30,293 bases of DNA, from positions 1 to 30,293 of the IMG/VR virus record IMGVR_UViG_3300042195_000142. One strand, 5' to 3'. The notes beneath the pieces are model-generated. The model was not told the origin of the DNA and searched no databases. It saw only the letters and a list, made by a program, of their open reading frames with translations. Below are positions 18,398-26,224 of the stretch, piece by piece. Both the position numbers and the translations under genes were made by a program. This stretch comes from a virus (Duplodnaviria > Caudoviricetes). How positions within the stretch are numbered: position 1 is the first letter of the stretch; the number at the start of each line of letters is the position of its first letter.

Positions 18398-19279
18398 CTA
18401 TCCTCTTGGCAGTTCGATGCCGCCCGCACTCATGCGGGCTGCCAGCAGCTCTGCCAAGGACTTGCCCTGCGATTTGGGCTTGGCTCCTACAGTGCTCACG
18501 CTTGCTCCTGTGAGGTTTCCGTTCACCGACTTACGAGTCCGGCCGCCCTGGCCTGGCGTGCTCGTCTTGGTCGGGGCCTGAACCCCCAGGAATTCGATCG
18601 CCTTGCGGAACTGGTCTTCTTGCGAGAGACCCTGCATCTGGTCTCTGTTTCTGGTGATGAACTCCGACACCTGGAGCGCCTTGTCCTGGGCCCCAGGGAA
18701 TGCGCGAGCGGTCTCGCTCCAGGTCATCGAAGCGATCTGCTGCTCGAGCTGGCCGATGCGAGCGGCCATCTGCTGCGCGATCGGAAGCACGTGCTTGCGC
18801 GCGTAACGCTCCGACGCCGCCTCCATGACCTCGACGTCCTCAGGCTTCCAGTCGTCGAACTTGACGGACGGGTACGCCGACTGCACTTCGGCGCTCTGGT
18901 GCGCCTGCCCCCTGGCGGTGCCGGTCAGGCTGGCGGTGATGGCCTCCAAGCCGCCCGGCGTCGCGATGATCTTGTCCAGAAGCTCCGCCTTCTGAGAAAT
19001 CTTGGGATCGGAGACATTGGCGGCCTCAGCATCCCTGCGGAGCTCGGCTGCCCTCTGCATCGACCGGGTGAAGCCGGCCTGCATGTTCTGCCACGCCTCT
19101 CGGAGTTCGGGCGTGAGCGTCTCCGGATCGACGTCGGTGAAGGTGTCCTCTTCCCCCGTGATCGCGGACAGCCCCTGGTTTTCGTCCTCGCCTACGGCCT
19201 GGTCGTAGTCGAGAGAGCCAGTGGTGTCGTCCGGATCTGGGTCTGAGCCCTGGTCTAAGATGGTGTTCTTGTCAGGCAT
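18398..19279 (-). CDS. Capsid scaffolding protein
   Basis: Acidic N-terminus, helical MQAGFTRSMQRAAELRR and a basic flexible C-terminus. Lies between portal and capsid genes. Confidence 0.7.
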   Translation of the reverse strand: MPDKNTILDQGSDPDPDDTTGSLDYDQAVGEDENQGLSAITGEEDTFTDVDPETLTPELREAWQNMQAGFTRSMQRAAELRRDAEAANVSDPKISQKAELLDKIIATPGGLEAITASLTGTARGQAHQSAEVQSAYPSVKFDDWKPEDVEVMEAASERYARKHVLPIAQQMAARIGQLEQQIASMTWSETARAFPGAQDKALQVSEFITRNRDQMQGLSQEDQFRKAIEFLGVQAPTKTSTPGQGGRTRKSVNGNLTGASVSTVGAKPKSQGKSLAELLAARMSAGGIELPRG

Positions 19280-19286
19280 GGCGGCA

Positions 19287-19409
19287 TCACTTCTGGGTGT
19301 GCGGGGAACCCGGAGGGAACGTGGTGATGGTGCTGGTCTCCCTCTTCACCGGCTTGTTCTTCTTCTGGTCGCTGCCGCCGACGTCCATGTTGATGTTCTT
19401 CTTGCCCAT
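19287..19409 (-). CDS. Small basic peptide (40 aa)
   Basis: MGKKNINMDVGGSDQKKNKPVKRETSTITTFPPGSPHTQK fills the gap, with GGGGA upstream. Confidence 0.5.
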   Translation of the reverse strand: MGKKNINMDVGGSDQKKNKPVKRETSTITTFPPGSPHTQK

Positions 19410-19414
19410 TGGAA

Positions 19415-19903
19415 TCAGTCCCCCATCAGTCTGGAGATCTCTGCCTGGATGCGCGGGTTGATCTTCCGAGCCGCCGCCGCGCGACGCGCTTTCAGAGGGT
19501 CTTCCTCCCCGCGGTCCTTGAGTCGGTGCCCGGTCGCTAGCATGTAGGCCTTGAGCTTGCGAGGCGACCTGATCGAGTCGACCGTTGGTCCTTCCGCTCC
19601 GTCCTTGGTGCGCACGTAGTTCTTGCCCCAAACGGCGCGCCCTTCCTCGCAGGCCAGGTCCTGGACAACCTGCGGGTGTGAGCCGGCGGTGTCGTGCTCC
19701 ACGTACTTGTAGCGGCCGCTGTCGTAGAAGGCCCCGTCGTGGACTGCCGGAGCGGATCCAAACCACTTGCTCACGTGGCGCGGCCCGTAGGTGTACGCCC
19801 ATTTCGTGGGCGAAAGCTCCGTGACGTGCGTTAAGCCGTGGACACGAACGGTGAAGCCGTCGTGGTCGGTGTAGACTCGGTCTGGTTCGGAGCTACGAGC
19901 CAT
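19415..19903 (-). CDS. Hypothetical protein downstream of the portal
   Basis: ATG 19903 after GAGAGG; overlaps the portal stop. Confidence 0.6.
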   Translation of the reverse strand: MARSSEPDRVYTDHDGFTVRVHGLTHVTELSPTKWAYTYGPRHVSKWFGSAPAVHDGAFYDSGRYKYVEHDTAGSHPQVVQDLACEEGRAVWGKNYVRTKDGAEGPTVDSIRSPRKLKAYMLATGHRLKDRGEEDPLKARRAAAARKINPRIQAEISRLMGD

Positions 19904-21869
19904 TGCCGGCACCTCTCGGTGATGCGACGCCAGGTTGGGCGGGCTTAGAACCGCCGCCCTGCTGGAGCGGGCTGTTCTGGAGCGCGAACAGGTTCTTGGT
20001 CGCGTTGTTGATCTCTTCGGTGTCGGCCGAAATCAGAAGGTTCTCGCCGGCCACGCCGAGAAGCGCCTTGTATGCCTCGATCTGCCAGGTCGCCCAGTCG
20101 GTGTTGCCGAACAAGATCGGGTTGTTGGCGCTGATGGTGGCAATGGTCACCATGTCCTGGAACAACTGCGCGTCGTCACGCGGCCTCATGGACCCACGCT
20201 CTACGGTCACCCGCAGGCCGAGCGTGATGTCGTTCTCGGTCATGGTGCCGGAAGGCCCGCCCCGCCAGGACGCCGCGGCCTCGGGGCCGGCCAGGCGCGT
20301 CATCCGCTCCTTGTCGTAGAACTGGACCATGAGGCCTAAGCGCTTCAACGCGACGTCCAAGACGAACGCCTCGCCGGCACGGCTCTTGTGGCTGCTGGAC
20401 ACCAGAGCGTTTTGGGCGATGATCTGGGCTTCCGTCGCCGACGCTCCGGACTTGAGCGTCTGCTGCGCCTGGTTGGGGCCGCGGCCGGTTCCCATCTCGA
20501 CCGCTCTCTGGATCATGGCCAGGAAGTTCATGGGTTCCGCGGACTTGGAGTCACGCGGCAACTTCATGATGAGATCGCGGAGTGTGGAGCCTTGCTGCAC
20601 CGTCACCTCGATCTTCTTGGAGACACCAGGAGCATTGACCGCGTGCCACTCCTTCTCCGTGATGCCTGCTCGTGCATCGACGAAGATCGTGTCTTCCTGG
20701 TCGCGCGCGTAGCCGTCCATGCTCTTGGTGTAGAGCAGAACTTCCGCGTCAAGTTGGTCCTGCACGATGGCGACGTCGGGCTGGGCGAAGATCTCCTCGC
20801 CGTCATCGTTCCAACGCAGCAAGGAGTACGGACACCCAACCCAGTAGAACGCCTCCTCTTTGCGCAGGATCGTCGGGTGGTCGCGGGCGATCACGACCAT
20901 GTCCCATCGGCCGTCCAGCCGGCGCTCGAACAGCTCGTACAGCTCGACCAGGTCATAGGGGTTGCTGCCACCCTCGCTGGTCCGCCACTTCTCGCGGGCG
21001 GAGTCCGACCCGTAGAAGTCGAAGCTCTGGGTGAGCGACGCTTGGAGCCCTTCCGTCTTGCCCTTGAAGTTCGGGTCGGCGAGCACGGCGTCCAAGCGCC
21101 TGACGATGATCCGGCCGACGATGGAGGCGTCGTCTAAGCAAGTGGCGTCAGGGTCGCAGACGAAGTGCCATGGGCTGATGCGCCGGCTGGAGATGGTGCC
21201 GGTTCTGACCCGGGTGTCGAGCTCGAAGTCCTCGAGCTGCTCGGGCGAATCGGCGAGGGAGGCTTCGAGGGAAGCCTTGGTAGCGACCTCGTCGATTGCG
21301 GCGGCCAGCATCGGGTCGTCCGCCTCCTGCTGCCGCCGGAGTCGTGCGGATTCCGTGGTGGCGCCGTCGCTCGCGGGGCCGCTGTAGGAGGTCAGGCAGA
21401 TGCCCCATCCTGTCTTTACGCAGTCGCGCACGCCGAGCGCGATGGTCTGCATGATGGAGCGGTCCTCGCCCCACTCGTTGTTGATCGCCCGCTCGAACGC
21501 CGGCACTTGGTCTCGCTCGACGGTGGGCGTCCAGCCCTCGAAGTGGAACTTGGGAGGCGTCCCCAAGACCTGCGCCTCGGTCGAGTGGACCATGTCGTAG
21601 ACGCGTCCAGGGACGACCGCGACCGCTGCCGCAGCTCGCCGTCGCGCCATGTCGCGCCCGCGGTTGTACTGGGACTCGACCTGCTTCCAGTAGGCCGCGT
21701 ACTCGCTGCGGCGCTTTAAGTAGTAGTCGACGAAGTCCTGGTACCAGCGCGCGGTGTCCTTGTCTGACGCCGAGGTTTTGCCGCGGCGGGCGTCTTCCGC
21801 AGCCGCCATGCGGGCGAAGATCGAGTGCGGCGCCCCGCGCGGGCTGTTGACGACGATGCTAGTAGGCAC
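19893..21869 (-). CDS. Portal protein (P22-like)
   Basis: 658 aa directly after TerL. Motifs VRDCVKTGWGI, RRISPWHFVCDPDA, VELYELF and SATEAQI. Confidence 0.85.
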   Translation of the reverse strand: MPTSIVVNSPRGAPHSIFARMAAAEDARRGKTSASDKDTARWYQDFVDYYLKRRSEYAAYWKQVESQYNRGRDMARRRAAAAVAVVPGRVYDMVHSTEAQVLGTPPKFHFEGWTPTVERDQVPAFERAINNEWGEDRSIMQTIALGVRDCVKTGWGICLTSYSGPASDGATTESARLRRQQEADDPMLAAAIDEVATKASLEASLADSPEQLEDFELDTRVRTGTISSRRISPWHFVCDPDATCLDDASIVGRIIVRRLDAVLADPNFKGKTEGLQASLTQSFDFYGSDSAREKWRTSEGGSNPYDLVELYELFERRLDGRWDMVVIARDHPTILRKEEAFYWVGCPYSLLRWNDDGEEIFAQPDVAIVQDQLDAEVLLYTKSMDGYARDQEDTIFVDARAGITEKEWHAVNAPGVSKKIEVTVQQGSTLRDLIMKLPRDSKSAEPMNFLAMIQRAVEMGTGRGPNQAQQTLKSGASATEAQIIAQNALVSSSHKSRAGEAFVLDVALKRLGLMVQFYDKERMTRLAGPEAAASWRGGPSGTMTENDITLGLRVTVERGSMRPRDDAQLFQDMVTIATISANNPILFGNTDWATWQIEAYKALLGVAGENLLISADTEEINNATKNLFALQNSPLQQGGGSKPAQPGVASPRGAGNGS

Positions 21870-23445
21870 GGCCGAGCCTCATGCGGTCTCCTTGACCTTG
21901 GGCCGCGTAGATGTCCGACAGAATCTCGCTCATCAGGAACGGGTTGTACGGGACCTTCGGATCGTCCTTTGATGGCTTGGCGTCCGAGCCAAAGGCGTAG
22001 ATGTCCGCGAGCGCGTCCAGGATGTCGTCCGACTTCGCGTTGGGGCCGTACTTGTCGAGCTCGCTCGCGAACAACTCGCCCCACTGGCACTTGCGGACGT
22101 GGAGTCCGCCGGCCTTGACCAAGGGCGCCATGGCGCGGATGCGCTCCCACTTCTTGGTTGCCCGCGATCGCTCCGTCTCCAGGATCTCGTAGAAGACGCC
22201 GGTCTGGAGCTGGTCCTTCTGCGCCCACTTGACGAGCTCGATCTGGAAGCCCGTGGTCTCGATCGCGATCCATTCCGGATGCCACTTCTGCGCGGTCTCA
22301 CGGAGCCAGTCGATCTTCTGCGCGCCTACGGGATGCCCATGCTTCAAGTCGAGCAGCCAGATCTCGCCGTCTTCGTCGATGGCGCAGACCGGCAGGGCAC
22401 AGGCGTCCGCGTGCTCCTTCTCCGAGCGGTTCGGGTCCATCGCAGCGAAGACCTTGAAAGACTTGCCACCGAAGGGAAGCGGCGGGGTGCCGAAGACGGG
22501 GAACCCGCCATCCAACGAGTCGAACCACTGAAGGTCGCCTCGGTCGAAGACCCGCATAGAGTCCGGCTGCGGGTCGTTCAAGAACTGGCATCCGAACAGG
22601 TAGTCACCCATGCGCTGGCGCAGCCCGTCCAGCCGCTTCAAGGTGTAGCGCGTCGGGAACAGCGGCTCCCCGACCTCACAGCCCATCCATGCTGCCGTCT
22701 GCTCGTCGCAGATCGCCTTCAACACGAGCGAGCGGACTTGGCGGTGACCGTCGATCGGGGCGTAGGGACCAGTCGGATCGATCAGCTCGCCGTGGGCGTC
22801 GTCCTCGTGCCAGCGGGTCCCGACGTTGATGACCTTGCACTCATCCGTTCTCATCAGCGCCTCGGACTCGCGGCGGTAGCGCTTGGTGTTGGCCCGCAGT
22901 TCCTGGGTGTTGACGTTCTCGGCGAACACAAGGTCGTCGTGGATGATCAAATCGAAGTGCAGGCCGACGACCGAGGCTTCGACGGAGGCCGCCATCACCG
23001 ACGGGACACGGCCGTCTCGGTTGTGCTTGACGGCGAGCCGCTCCTGGAGCCACATGGGTGACTCCTTGCGCGGGGCGTTCCACAGAACGTCCGGCCACAA
23101 CTCGCGCAACAGCGCGTTCATCTCCATGTTGGTCTTGATCTCACGCACCATGGCTGTGGACTGATCGCGCTTGCCGTGGGCGATCAGGATTCGCAGCTCC
23201 GGGTGGCGCACCAGCCGCCAGATCGGATACGAGACCGAAGCGAGCGTGGTCTTGAAGTGCCCGCGTGGGATCAAAAGGGATGCGTACTTCTCGTCTGCGG
23301 TCTCGATCTCCTGGATGAATTCGCACAGCCGGCGGTGGAGCGGCTCGTAGAGGTCCTGGAAGCCCATCACGTGGACGCAGAACCACCAGAACGACGCTTC
23401 GGCCTTTCGTCGTGCTTCCTGCGGTGTGCTTGCCGGTAGGACCAT
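21859..23445 (-). CDS. terL: Terminase large subunit
   Basis: Walker A LLIPRGHFKTT, Walker B GLHFDLIIHDDLV, coupling motif VGTRWHEDD, nuclease acidic residues AMDP, IAIE and DDILDAL. Confidence 0.93.
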   Translation of the reverse strand: MVLPASTPQEARRKAEASFWWFCVHVMGFQDLYEPLHRRLCEFIQEIETADEKYASLLIPRGHFKTTLASVSYPIWRLVRHPELRILIAHGKRDQSTAMVREIKTNMEMNALLRELWPDVLWNAPRKESPMWLQERLAVKHNRDGRVPSVMAASVEASVVGLHFDLIIHDDLVFAENVNTQELRANTKRYRRESEALMRTDECKVINVGTRWHEDDAHGELIDPTGPYAPIDGHRQVRSLVLKAICDEQTAAWMGCEVGEPLFPTRYTLKRLDGLRQRMGDYLFGCQFLNDPQPDSMRVFDRGDLQWFDSLDGGFPVFGTPPLPFGGKSFKVFAAMDPNRSEKEHADACALPVCAIDEDGEIWLLDLKHGHPVGAQKIDWLRETAQKWHPEWIAIETTGFQIELVKWAQKDQLQTGVFYEILETERSRATKKWERIRAMAPLVKAGGLHVRKCQWGELFASELDKYGPNAKSDDILDALADIYAFGSDAKPSKDDPKVPYNPFLMSEILSDIYAAQGQGDRMRLGRAY

Positions 23446-23807
23446 CAGGACAGACGCATGTAGGTGATGATGAGATCCAACGTGTTGGTTCCGTGCGGGT
23501 TGTAAGCCTTCACGTGGGTCAGCGCGTTGCTCCCACGTGGAGCCTTGAAGACCATCGGGCCCTGGTCAGGGGTGTCGATGAACAACGGGATGCCGGTGGC
23601 GTCGGCAGTCGTGTGTGGGGTCGGATCGGCCGGAGCTTCCCCGAATCCGAAGGCCAACTTGGCCAGCGACGGGGTGGCGGTGTTGGCCGCGATGATGACC
23701 TGATCGCACGGGTACCCGGCGCTGTCCGCGTACAAGTCCGCGGCTGAGGAGGGCGGTACCGAGAACAAGTCGGCGAAGAGGATCTGGCCAAGGTTGATCT
23801 CAACCAT
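23445..23807 (-). CDS. Hypothetical beta-rich small protein
   Basis: MVEINLGQILF...LDLIITYMRLS, coupled to the TerL start. Confidence 0.6.
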   Translation of the reverse strand: MVEINLGQILFADLFSVPPSSAADLYADSAGYPCDQVIIAANTATPSLAKLAFGFGEAPADPTPHTTADATGIPLFIDTPDQGPMVFKAPRGSNALTHVKAYNPHGTNTLDLIITYMRLS

Positions 23808-24105
23808 GGGCAGCAACCTTTGCCTCGACCGATGCGAACTTCTTCTGCCACGCCTCGAACGCGGTCCCCACGTGCGGCTTGGTGCGGACGCCGCTGGTGA
23901 TCATGTCCCGGATCTGCTGGAGAGCGAACACCTGGTCGCGCGGCTCCATGGTCTCCATCTCGTACCAGAGCACCTTCACGGCCAGCCGTTCGCACTCCTC
24001 GTTGTCGCCGATATTGGCGGCCGCCTGGATCTCCTTGTGGATCTCGGTGATCGCCTCGCCGTTGAAGGCGATGATCTCGTCTCTGGTCAGGCGTTGCTGT
24101 CGCAT
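23800..24105 (-). CDS. Helical protein, terminase small subunit candidate
   Basis: 101 aa, helical, two genes upstream of TerL. Positional call only. Confidence 0.4.
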   Translation of the reverse strand: MRQQRLTRDEIIAFNGEAITEIHKEIQAAANIGDNEECERLAVKVLWYEMETMEPRDQVFALQQIRDMITSGVRTKPHVGTAFEAWQKKFASVEAKVAAHG

Positions 24106-24482
24106 CCGCAGTCTCCGATCCGGTGCATGTCGGCCTTGAGACGCCGTCTCACGTCCCTGTGCGGTGGCTCCTCCGATCGCCTACAGCAGCTCCGGAAGTG
24201 GCTGATGGCGATCCAGTCCAGGTCGTTGCCGCTGACCACCGGGTAGCGCAGAATGGCGCCACGGCCTTGGTTCGAGGTCTCCATCATCGCGTTCTTCACC
24301 CGGATCTCGAGGACGGCCACGAGAGGGTTGGTCTCGATCGGATCCTTGGCCACGACGACCGTCCCGACCTTGCCGTGCTTGCCGGTACCGGTCCAGCAGG
24401 CGACGTACCAGTCTTGGAACCGCTTGGACGCGATCTCGTCCTTGACGCGGCTGTCCCACTTGCTGAGCCACTGGAGCGCCAT
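24087..24482 (-). CDS. Hypothetical protein, first gene of the late operon
   Basis: 131 aa ORF overlapping the next gene; no recognisable motif. Confidence 0.55.
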   Translation of the reverse strand: MALQWLSKWDSRVKDEIASKRFQDWYVACWTGTGKHGKVGTVVVAKDPIETNPLVAVLEIRVKNAMMETSNQGRGAILRYPVVSGNDLDWIAISHFRSCCRRSEEPPHRDVRRRLKADMHRIGDCGCDSNA

Positions 24483-24506
24483 CCGCCAAGAAGTCTGGAC
24501 CAGCTC

Positions 24507-24535
24507 TTGACGTGGAGTCCAGAGAGGACTACACT
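24507..24535 (+). promoter_or_regulatory. Sigma70-type promoter of the plus-strand operon with overlapping inverted repeats
   Basis: TTGACG (24507-12), 17-bp spacer, TACACT (24530-35), 30 nt before ATG 24566. Inverted repeats AGTCC-N5-GGACT and TCTGGAC/GTCCAGA overlap it. Confidence 0.65.
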
Positions 24536-24565
24536 CCGCGACGACAACCGTCGTTGGGGGTTTTG

Positions 24566-24787
24566 ATGAACAAGGGCCGCACCACCCAGGAAGCGATCGA
24601 CGCCATGAACATGGCGAACCCGAGCTTGGGCCTCACTTTCGACCAGATCCACCGCGCCATCAGGATGCGCCAGATCCCCAAGCCGGCGATGTTCGGCATC
24701 TCCTACTTCTGGACGCACGCGGACCTGGTTGCCTTGGCCGAGCACTTCAACGTCACCCCGCCGGCGGAGGACGAGACCGATGACTGA
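24566..24787 (+). CDS. AlpA/excisionase-like small HTH DNA-binding protein
   Basis: LTFDQIHRAIRMRQIPKPAMFGISYFWTHADL parallels the AlpA/MerR-type pattern (IY..I..G.FPKP...G....W...DI). Confidence 0.6.
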   Translation: MNKGRTTQEAIDAMNMANPSLGLTFDQIHRAIRMRQIPKPAMFGISYFWTHADLVALAEHFNVTPPAEDETDD

Positions 24788-25493
24788 ACGAGACATGAAA
24801 GGCTCGATGGTCATCAACCTGCCGTGCCGCGACATGGTCTTCTACGAGTCGTGGCAGGCGATCTTGCAGGCCCTGGTGCACGGGCACACCTGGATGTCCC
24901 AGACGCACCCGGGCGCCCAGTTCGGCATCGCATCGGTGAAGCGCCCGCATGTGGCGCACGCCCGCAACAAGATGATCGACGAGGCTCTGAAGTCCGGATT
25001 CGAATGGATCCTGTGGCTCGATGACGACGCCGTGCCGCCGCCGGACCTGATCGAGCGGCTGATGAGCCACAAGAAGAAGTGGGTGGCACCTCTGTTCGTG
25101 ACTCGTGGGCCCAAGCGCGAGTCGCCGGCCGCCGTTCTGGTCAAGGACGTGCTACGCCCCATCGCCTTCCACAAGGGCGGCCTGATGCTGGCCCACACGA
25201 CGGGGCTGCACTGCATGCTGATGCACCGGGACGTGGTCTTGAGCACCAAGGAGCACCTGGACGGCAAGGCGCTGTTCGTGTTCGGTGAGAGGGCCCCGTG
25301 GTCGGGCACCATGATGACCGAGGACGTGTGGTTCTGCATGCACTCTACGGCGGCCGGCAACCGCCTGTGGATCGACTGCGACACCGAGGTCGGACACGTC
25401 ACGGCGTCGGTGCTCAAGATGAAGGACTGCAACCTGACCAAGAACGGGCCCCCGAAGACCCGCATCATCACCCCAGAGGACCTCGCATCATGA
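24780..25493 (+). CDS. GT-A fold (GT2-like) glycosyltransferase
   Basis: ATG 24780 after GGAGG. Motifs VAHARNKMIDEAL, WILWLDDD (DxD), GLHCMLMHRDV and EDVWFC...WIDCDTEVGH. Confidence 0.85.
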   Translation: MTERDMKGSMVINLPCRDMVFYESWQAILQALVHGHTWMSQTHPGAQFGIASVKRPHVAHARNKMIDEALKSGFEWILWLDDDAVPPPDLIERLMSHKKKWVAPLFVTRGPKRESPAAVLVKDVLRPIAFHKGGLMLAHTTGLHCMLMHRDVVLSTKEHLDGKALFVFGERAPWSGTMMTEDVWFCMHSTAAGNRLWIDCDTEVGHVTASVLKMKDCNLTKNGPPKTRIITPEDLAS

Positions 25494-26221
25494 TCGAGTG
25501 CCCCAAGCAAAAGGTGATCCGCTACTCGTTCATCATGGCCTACGCGCCGCGCGAGGAGCAGTTCCATCGCACGATCGAGTCCTACGAGCGACTCTACGGT
25601 GACCGCGATGACTGGGAGGTCGTGGTCGTTGGTGACACCTGCGAGGTCCCGTACATCCACTCGCGCATCGTCTCGTGCTCGGTGCCGCGACCACCCGAGC
25701 GCACCAACCCGGGTGTGCTGCTGAACCTCGCGGCGTCGATGGCGAATGGCGAGCGCCTGGTCATCACCTGCCCGGAGGTCATGCACCGTGGGGACGTTCT
25801 CGCGCACGCCGACAAGGCGATGGCGACGATGACATACATCTGCTACCCGTGCCTGACCCTGCGCAAGGACGGCCAGGTCGACAGCTCGTTCATGAACGGC
25901 TGGTACCAGCACCCCAAGCACAGCAACCGGCTTCTGCACTTCTGCTCGGTCATCACGCGCGAGCTCTTCATGTCGATGGGGGGCTTTCACCTGTCGTTCG
26001 ATCTCGGGCACGGGCACGAGGACGTCTACTTCGCGCTGATGGCCATGTACAGCAAGACGATGAAGATCATGACACCGGATGAACCGGTGGTGGCTCACCA
26101 GTGGCACCCGCGGCACGCACCATCGAAGGTGAAGGATGGCGAAGATCGCAACGCCACTCGCTTGCAACGCGCTCTCGGCCTGTGCTTTGGCCGCGAGCGC
26201 CCACGCGCCGAAGAGAAATGA
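25490..26221 (+). CDS. GT-A fold (GT2/GT7C-like) glycosyltransferase
   Basis: ATGA-coupled start. Motifs WEVVVVGD, NPGVLLNLAASMANGERLVI, FMSMGGF...GHGHEDVYF and VAHQWHP. Confidence 0.8.
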   Translation: MIECPKQKVIRYSFIMAYAPREEQFHRTIESYERLYGDRDDWEVVVVGDTCEVPYIHSRIVSCSVPRPPERTNPGVLLNLAASMANGERLVITCPEVMHRGDVLAHADKAMATMTYICYPCLTLRKDGQVDSSFMNGWYQHPKHSNRLLHFCSVITRELFMSMGGFHLSFDLGHGHEDVYFALMAMYSKTMKIMTPDEPVVAHQWHPRHAPSKVKDGEDRNATRLQRALGLCFGRERPRAEEK

Positions 26222-26224
26222 ACC

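Noticed and set aside
3273-23164. Long plus-strand ORFs opposite the structural genes (e.g. 3672-4991, 6065-7297, 12559-13617)
   Set aside because: These are antisense shadows of GC-rich coding sequence with no motifs.
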